Origin: Hyphochytrium catenoides
Lineage: Eukaryota > Protista > Hyphochytriomycota
Reading direction: 5' to 3'
DNA: 32,063 nucleotides
Assembly (NCBI GenBank): GCA_900088475.1
Contig: FLMG01000272.1
Span: 1 to 32,063, forward strand
Positions 24,792 to 32,063 of the stretch are shown here, piece by piece (position 1 is the first letter of the stretch; the number at the start of each line of letters is the position of its first letter). The notes under the pieces were generated by a model. The model had not been told where the DNA came from. It saw only the letters and a list, made by a program, of their open reading frames with translations, and did not search any database. The position numbers and the translations under genes were made by a program.

Positions 24792-25562
24792 TCATGTTTG
24801 CTTTCTTGTTGGTGCAATGAGAAACGTCACCTTCAGAGTCCGGCTAATGAGCTGACTCGAGGAGAGAATTGGAACCGTCGAAGCTGATACTAAGTAAGAT
24901 TGCGCTTGCGGCGGTGGAGAGTAAGTGTCAGATGTGGTCAAGCTAGACGCTGTTTGAACCCCGGTGACGGTGTGGTTCATCGGAGCTAGGATTGTGTTGG
25001 CTGTTTGGTATGCATTGATCATCGCCTCTGCCAATAAATCATCGCGTATGGCAGTGTATTTTTCTGTAGATAGAGTGTGATAGACATAGTTCACACGATT
25101 TGCTCCCCGTTTGACCGCCGTGTCGATCGCTGCTGAAGCCAGGCTAAGTCTTCTTGACTCCACCTTTATTGTGCTTGAGACTCGATATTCGCGATCCAAC
25201 TTCGCTTCTCCTGGCGGCAGATAGCTGGGTGCGTTGCGTTGTGTGATACTGAGTCCTGCTGTCATAATCTCTTGTTCCTCGTGCAAGCCCAGATCCGTAA
25301 GTCCAGAGATCACAGAGCTCATCAGCTCTGAGTTCCTTTCTAGTGCAGCGTACGCGGTATCGTCTTCCACAACTACCGCAAACTCTAAGAGTAACAGGTC
25401 AGGCTTGATCCTGGTTGAAGCGGTGCCCGTCACAAGTACTGTCTTCTCGCTAAATCCGCAGACTCGCTCCTGATGAGCCTTAACAACCGGACTTATTATT
25501 GATAGAGCTATAAGACCTAGGTACAAGGATCCTACGAGGTACTTCAGCGAATTTGTCATCAT
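24792..25562 (-). CDS. SIMPL / DUF541 (BP26/YggE-like) domain protein with signal peptide, intronless
   Basis: 256-aa intact ORF with a signal peptide ending VVKA|H. Family motifs: TVLVTGTAS..KPD, A..AL..NS..M..VI..L..LG, YRVSSTIKV, AIDTAVKRGANRV, LL.EA..NA...A, PI..SQ.IS..LKVTF.I. Confidence 0.88.
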   Translation of the reverse strand: MMTNSLKYLVGSLYLGLIALSIISPVVKAHQERVCGFSEKTVLVTGTASTRIKPDLLLLEFAVVVEDDTAYAALERNSELMSSVISGLTDLGLHEEQEIMTAGLSITQRNAPSYLPPGEAKLDREYRVSSTIKVESRRLSLASAAIDTAVKRGANRVNYVYHTLSTEKYTAIRDDLLAEAMINAYQTANTILAPMNHTVTGVQTASSLTTSDTYSPPPQAQSYLVSASTVPILSSSQLISRTLKVTFLIAPTRKQT

Positions 25563-26152
25563 TACTTAGCGTCCGACTTGGAACCCTCCTTTATTTAACC
25601 GGCTGAAGACTCCTGCTGCTGCTTTTGCTCGCTGTTGGGGGTTGCCAATAAACTTGTGGACACGCTGAAGAACAAGCGCCTTCTTCTATATTCAAAAGAG
25701 TGAGATTGCTGCGACAGGCGACAGACGTTCCATCAAGGATTTGTACGGAAAACTTTGAGCACTCCTCCTCCTGCGTCCTGGTAGTAGTACCACCTGTAAC
25801 TCGTTAACTCTGAAGCCCTGCATCATGATTCAGACTTTTTTATTTTATAAAAGTGGGGGCAGCAGCCTCACCACCGGCCGAGAACAAGAGATGGGTGTTG
25901 CAATAGCTGTTGCAATAATAATCTAGAGCCAAAGGACTAAGAAGCAGTGCAAAGCACGCAAAAGTTGTGGGCCAACAATACTTTCTGTCACTGTCATCAA
26001 AGTTTGGACTAAGGCTTATTCTTGTTGGTTCCCCTCGTTTTACAGCTGTAAAGTATTTAAAGGACTTTGCAACTTTGTTACTGTAGCTTCAGCTTTGCCG
26101 AAACATGGGTCACTACGTCACTGCATACCTGCTCTAGGAACTAGCCTTTACT

Positions 26153-26215
26153 ATTGAACTTGTAGAAATGAATGATAGCTCCGGTGCAAAGATCACCAAG
26201 GCCCAGAAGGCAGCC
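26153..26215 (+). pseudogene. Possible relic of the extreme C-terminus of elongation factor 1-alpha
   Basis: IELVEMNDSSGAKITKAQKAA resembles the eEF1A tail (I..VE..D..GAK[VI]TKAAQK). Only ~20 codons, with no recognisable upstream EF1A sequence. Confidence 0.2.
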
Positions 26216-27103
26216 CTATTTTGGGATACGCACTCATCTATCAATAGCTTTAGGCTGCGATTGGGGCTCGGCCGAAGTTACTAGTGCGTAATCCAGCCCC
26301 GCCTGCCTGAAAGATGGAAGATGCTTGGATCACTGATTTTATTATAATTAGCTGTACAAGTACAAGTGACACCAGCAGGAGCTCTTTATTCCCTCTACAT
26401 GTACTCTCCCTCGTAGAACTAGGGGTTCGTCCGCCGCCGCATGTTCCGTAAGGCACACTGTCTGAAGGATCTCTGTCTTCGTTCACCCACAATTCTTCCT
26501 ACAGCAGAGTAGTGCAGCAGGTACTGAGTAAAGGAGTGAGGGACTGAGGGAGTGAGTGAATAATAATGGGCGAAACTTTCTCAACTCTTGACTGCTGCCC
26601 CTTGTCGCGACATGTCACCTCCACCATCATCAGCTCCTAGCTGAAAGTACAGGGTTGTAGGTGATGCGTCTCAGGTAATATGAGGTTTCAACAAAAATCG
26701 CGTGGACGCACGCAATGTGTCTCGGTTTATAGTGATACGTCTCGCGTTACAAACGAGATTTATATTCATAGAAGCCCTTTCGCTTAGGGTCTGACACCTT
26801 TTGTATCTCCAAATCTCCCTTTCGCCTCTGCTCTGACATCGTATATATTCCCCCAAAAAAGACAAAACGGTGATTAGTGAAAATCCAAAATAGTGAATTT
26901 TGGATCACAAACTCGGGCACAAAGGGCTTGTTATCTTCGTGACCGTTACTAGAAGGCGGGACAGGAAACGGAAGTGGAAACGTCTAAAGATTGCTTCTCT
27001 TCTCCTCCTCTTCTCCCTCGACTCTCATCATCGTCATGGTGGACCATCATGATGATGAATCAGGAGGGAGAAGAATAACGGTGCTGAGAGATGAAGCGGC
27101 ATG

Positions 27104-27311
27104 CAGCAGCAGCACCAGCAGCGAGCACCACCAGCAGCGAGCAGCACCAGCAGCAGCACCAGGCAGCACCAGAAGCACTAGCTTAGTACCAGCAGCAGCA
27201 CCAGCACCGCCAGCACCAGAAGCAGTAGCACCAGCAGCCGCAGCAGCAGCACCAGCACCAGAAAGAAGCAGTAGCACCAGGAGCACCAGGAGCACCAGCA
27301 GCACCAGCAGC
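27104..27311. repeat. GCA/CCA triplet-based low-complexity repeat (Ala/Gly-coding on -, Ala/Pro on +) with frame interruptions
   Basis: Visible agcagcacc/agcacc units. On the minus strand it begins right after a ttgttgttag acceptor-like site. Confidence 0.8.
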
Positions 27312-28319
27312 TAACAACAAATTGACGGGTTGCTGTTGGTGGTGCTTCTTTGAGGTACAGTGCTCGCTGGTAATAATAGTAGTAGGTGACCTGTAACCTT
27401 AGAATAGGACAACAGTGCGCCGGGGCTGGGGAAAGATGGCGGTAACGGAAGTCGGAAGATGATGGTAGATGTGCTTCTTTCTCTCCTCCTCATCATCACC
27501 TAACCACAAGCAAGGCAATTTGATCTTGATATCTTCTTCTTTCTTCCCCATCCAGAAGAAATGAAGGAATGACGGAGGGGAACTGTCTCCTTCCTTCTTC
27601 TAGCACAGCCTCCTCGCTCTGAGACGTGATGATGAAGATGGGCCATCATCATCGTCCCTCTTCGTTTTCCTTTCTGAAGTCAACGTGGTGGCTACACCAT
27701 CCCCGCGAAGGTTATTTTTAACCTTGTGGACGAGTGGATTTTTCTACTTGCTCCGCAGTGGCCCATCCAATAGAAAGACACAAAATGATGGGCAGCGCAC
27801 CAGTCACACCAACCAACTACTAAAAGCTAATCATCACCATCATTTACCACTTATGATAAACAGATCTCTGCAGAACATGAAGTTCTTAGTCTCGCTTACA
27901 GAGAAGTTCGCTGCATCATAACGTCCTTCGATTCTCTAACAGGAAGCAGAGGCCGAGTCAATGATATGCGAAGGGCAGGACCAAAGTCTTTCCACCACCG
28001 CACGTAATAGGCTAAGACCTGTTAAGAAGCTGAGTGTGGCAAATTAACAGGGTCCAGTCTCCTTGCCTAAGGTTGAGGCGGAGAACGCAAAGTAAAATCA
28101 ATCGAGGTGCGAACGGCGCATCATAGCGCTCCGCCGCTATGACCGTTAGCTAGCTACCTTGCTAGTTTCTTTCTGGCTTGCAAACAAACGCCGCATTGCA
28201 ACCCTGACGCGTTGTTGAATCCTGCTGAAACGAGAAGAAGCAAGAGTCAAGTAGTAGGACCCGTCTAGTCTGGTGACTGCTGCGCTCCTCCGTCATCACC
28301 GTTACTCAGGTCCATCGTC

Positions 28320-31187
28320 ATGTACTACCAACTATCCCAGGAGGTAAGGTTTCATCGGAGAAGGATCGGGGCTAATCATAGTAGTGTAGGGCTCGACTAT
28401 CTGGCGCCGCGGATCTCTCTACTAAAGTGCTACTCATTTCCCTCTTATCCTGCAGTTCCTTTTTTCTGGCAAAACGCTGGCAGAGTCCAAGAAGGTACTT
28501 ACCTGGGAGTTCGCCTTTTTGGATGAGGAGGGAGGGAACAACGAGCTTCAGCATCGGATCACCTTGATACATTCAGCGTTCTCCGGCAAAAAGCAGGTCA
28601 TCATCGATGATGTCCTGGTTTACAAGTCCAAAGACGTAAGCTCGGTTCTATGCAAAGTTCATCATCATGCTCTCCTTCACCAGCGTACTAGTTGTCAATA
28701 GGAAAATGGCGCTACTCTACTTACCTGGAACAGGACAAGAACTGCTTGGTGAGAGTGGAGATCCATGGAAACCTATTCAGCGAGAATTTCTACGGTGAGG
28801 TGACGCAGAGACAGCTGACAACGTTGTATGTATGAGATGGGGTTCTAGCTTTACTATATCTCTTCTTCGTCACCTAGCTTTCCTCTTTCTTTACTAAGAA
28901 AAGTTCGCTGTTTCTCCATCGGGTGCATGCTAGTTCTTCCACCGCCCGCCACCATTCTCTTCCACTGTGCTGGATCTCAGCACACCGTAGTCACATTCTT
29001 GACGATAGTCATCACGATGCATTAGATTTGCTCATAAACGAAGTCTCCTTCAACACGCTTCCCACAAAAACAGAAGCCAAAGAGAGGGCTAAGCAACAGC
29101 AACAAGAGCGGAAGAAGAAGGTGAGAAGTAGTAGTAGATAGTTCAAAATTTCCGTAGGGCGTCCCAACAACGCTTTCCTTCTGTCTTCTTTCTATTCATC
29201 GTCTGCAGTATCCTCCTTGTTGCTTCTCTACAATGTTTTGCTTGTTCGTTTCCTCCCTCTTATGACAGAAGAGCCTAATAAGCAGCCATACCTGACGCGT
29301 TCTTTCCAGGCAAGAAAGAAGTCAACATCAGCGGAGCTTCCCAAGCAGAAGAAGAGCCATGACACCACGAAACCCTCCTTTACCATGCCGCCACAACATG
29401 CTGCCTCTTATTCAGCAGAAAGTTGGCCGCCGGGATGGGGACCTTCTGCTAATGGGAATGAAGCGCAAGCATCATCATCAGCATGGGCTTTTCCAGCAGC
29501 AACAACACCGAATCATCATGGCGATAGGGGCTCCTCCACAGCTTGGTTCAATTCTGGACGTTCTTCTTCCGCCTCTGAAAGCCCAGCGCCCAACAATGAG
29601 ACCACCAAAAGTCCTTCATCTCCTTGTCAGGATTGGAATCATTTTTTTGCTCCGACTTCACCAGAAAATCAAGCAAGCCAAGCACCAAATAAAGCAGCGG
29701 AGGATCCGGTGAAGAACAGGGCGGATGACCATCGGCCAGAAGGGCAATATAAGTGCCCTTTCTCCTTCTACGACCCCACCGCAGAGCGATGGGAATTTCC
29801 TCCTCGTCATACAGAGGAAGGAGCTGGTGGAGGCGCAGTCGGACAAGAGTCTTGCGGTCAGTATCGCCATAATTACCTGTCAGCCATAAGCTGAATGACT
29901 GCTGGTGGATAAGCGGACTAACTAAGAGGGATGGCCCCCCCTCGCACTTCGCTTCAGCAGAGACCAGACCAGCCTCACTGCCATCGGACACCCCAAAGAA
30001 AAACCTGGAGGAGTGGCTAGAACAAGTCAAAGAAGAAGGCAAACGTGCATACGATTGCGGGTCAGTGGAGCTGTCAGGATAAATCTAAGTCGGTATCCCT
30101 TCCTATGTCTTATCCTGCTTTCGCTGCTCCACCTCACGTACAGAGACTTCGAGCGAGCTGCGGAGCTATACACTTTAGGGCTTGAGTTTGATCCGAGCAA
30201 CTGTGCTTATAACGCTCTGTTCCATTATGGCCGGTAAGTATACACGCTGGCATTGGGAACGGGCGGTGGTTTGCGTCTCCGCCACTTATCCTTCTGCCCT
30301 GCCAATCAGATCTGGAGCTTTCATGGCCCTTGGAAGGAATGAAGAGGCGCTGCTAGACTGTACAAGAGTCATTGAGATGGACTGCCACCTTAGTAAGGTG
30401 AGACTTAGCAGGCTATTGGGACGTCCGAAGTGGGATCTCCTCGGCCTTATAATATCAGCCTCACCCAGATGACAGTCTCTCGTTCTATTGATCGCTTGCG
30501 GTGCTGAAGGCTGATCACCTTGGCTACCTTATTGGGTGTTAGGCTTACCTTCGCAGAGCTCAAATTCATCGGAATCTTGGAGGAGTAGACCACCTTGAGA
30601 TCGCGCTTCTGGATTATGAAGCTGCCCTTTCGTTGCTAACAGATGAGGACCAGAGGCTTCAGGTCAAGCTCAAAGCATCAGAAGTTCAGTCATTGCTCCG
30701 GCGCCGTTCTAAAAGGGAGAAGGACTACTATAGCGTCCTAGGTATGCCAGATCTCGGAGCTACCTCGACTCGTAGTGGTTGATTGTTCTTCGCTTCAGAG
30801 TTATTTGCCGTGTATTTATGACGATCTTTCTCTGTAACCTCATAGGTGTCAAGGAAAGCGCAACAACAGCAGAGGTGAGGAGAGCCTTTAAGCGTTTAGC
30901 GCTAAACTGGCACCCAGACAAGTGGTCAGGAAGAACAGAAGATCAGCGTCTGACAGCGGAAAGGACGTTCAAGGTAAGGAATCGACCACGTAAAATCCTC
31001 AGCGACTTCTTCATCACAGTGGTTCTTCTGCTGCTTCTCCCATATTTTTCTGACATCCAACGCGACGGAGGCGACATGCGATGAATTGGACTTCATTGTC
31101 AACCAGGATATAAGCGAAGCACATGAGATATTATCAAACGATGCGTTAAGAGCTCGTTATGATAAGGGAGAACCGCTTAGCAACTGA
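28320..31187 (+). CDS. J-domain co-chaperone: N-terminal FAIM1-like domain, S/P-rich linker, three TPRs and C-terminal J domain (DNAJC7-like C-terminal half), ~545 aa, 11 exons
   Basis: Exons 28320-28343, 28456-28635, 28692-28794, 29026-29120, 29310-29856, 29958-30060, 30144-30233, 30310-30397, 30543-30741, 30846-30973, 31107-31187 join in frame (1638 nt). TPRs KEEGKRAYDCGDFERAAELYTLGL, RSGAFMALGRNEEALLDC, KAYLRRAQIH. J domain DYYSVLGV..VRRAFKRLALNWHPDK..FKDISEAHEILSN..RARYD. N-terminal TWEF..HRITLIHSAFSGKKQVIIDD..YDLLINEVSF. Confidence 0.92.
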
Positions 31188-31939
31188 GAATAGGACGGCG
31201 AAGTGCCCGGTGGTCAACCTGGGTCGTCTATGTATCGAGGCGGCTACGTATCTGATAATGTTCTTACCAAGCTTATATTATGGCGCACCATTATTATAAA
31301 GCTTATCGGTTCTGTCCATACACGGGGCCGCCAAGAGTCATGGCCTTTAAAAGGAGATGATGCAGGGCAGTGTTACCCTGTCCTAGGCATCACCACCACC
31401 CACATCCCACATATAGCTACCTATTAACGAGAGAGGAGAAAGAGACGCTGATTAAGCAAAGCACCGATGATCACGTTTTGCTTACCAGAGGTGCGATCTT
31501 CTTGCAGGTCGTGGCATGGCAAGAGGACCAACCGCAGTAAGTGAGAAAGCCTCAGACAGATCGAAGAAAGGAAGAAGATGAGTTACCGAAAAGCTTAGTC
31601 GTCCGTTCTACGGGAGAGTGATCGCTGGTTATGCCCTTCAGCAGCAGGGACCTGCGAGACAAACTCCACATCATCTACTGGATGGATGGCAGAGCCGCCG
31701 CCCAGCAACCTTCGTGTGATGGCCGCTGTGAGTCTCGTCCTTTGATAGCAAGTGGGACCCTGAAGCTTGCCCGTTCGTGGACAGAAGAGCAGTAAATGGT
31801 ATAGGGACGAAGAAGGCGGGCATAGAGAATGTTAGGCGGTCAATGTAAGAGGTGCAGTTCCTTTCGTGGCTGGCTATCTCTTCTCCGCTCTCTCTTCCTC
31901 TTCATTGCTTCACTGATTCTTGCTCCTTTTGGTAGGTAG

Positions 31940-32063
31940 TTCCTAGTTCTCTTCCTTCCCTTTCTCTCTTGTACTCTATCTCTCCTTTCTCTCTTGTACT
32001 CTATCTCTGTCTCTTTCTCTCTCTTTCTCTCTGGCTCTTTCCCTCTCTCTCTCTCTCTCTCTC
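31940..32063. repeat. CT-rich tract with an exact 25-bp tandem duplication (31959-32008)
   Basis: cctttctctcttgtactctatctct x2, then (CT)n to the window end. Confidence 0.85.

Noticed and set aside
26039-26052. 14-bp perfect palindrome TTTACAGCTGTAAA
   Set aside because: One or two palindromes of this length are expected by chance in 32 kb; no supporting context.
26883-26952. Helitron 3' end (hairpin + CTAG)
   Set aside because: The hairpin is AT-rich and ~45 bp from CTAG, which is followed by A rather than T; no RepHel ORF.
31200-31900. Possible terminal exons of a minus-strand gene
   Set aside because: Isolated splice-like sites but no phase-consistent, recognisable reading frame within the window.

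Overview
Eukaryotic, intron-rich nuclear DNA with GT-AG introns, many filled with (GA)n/(CT)n tracts. It is probably a protist, plausibly a stramenopile alga; that is inferred from a POP polymerase, a FAIM-like domain, TTAGGG repeats and a signal+Trp transit-like leader. All gene models were assembled by hand with splice phases checked. Left to right: the 5' part of a BRO1-domain (ALIX-like) gene (-); a divergent 16-exon organellar DNA polymerase POP (+, ~811 aa); a 22-exon PDZ-like/PH/PH/GRAM/reticulon-like membrane protein (+, ~1278 aa); a weak hypothetical gene; and an intronless ~500-aa protein with a bipartite-looking leader (-). From ~21.6 to 27.4 kb lies an AT-richer island lacking GA tracts. 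It holds interstitial telomeric repeats, two outward-facing genes that both have CATCCGA where an ATG is expected, a probably 5'-truncated 4-exon gene, an indel-riddled NAC-alpha copy, other decayed fragments and an intact intronless prokaryote-like SIMPL/DUF541 gene. Last comes an 11-exon FAIM1-like + TPR + J-domain co-chaperone (+, ~545 aa). No rRNA, tRNA, CRISPR array or transposase was recognised, and no database searches were run.
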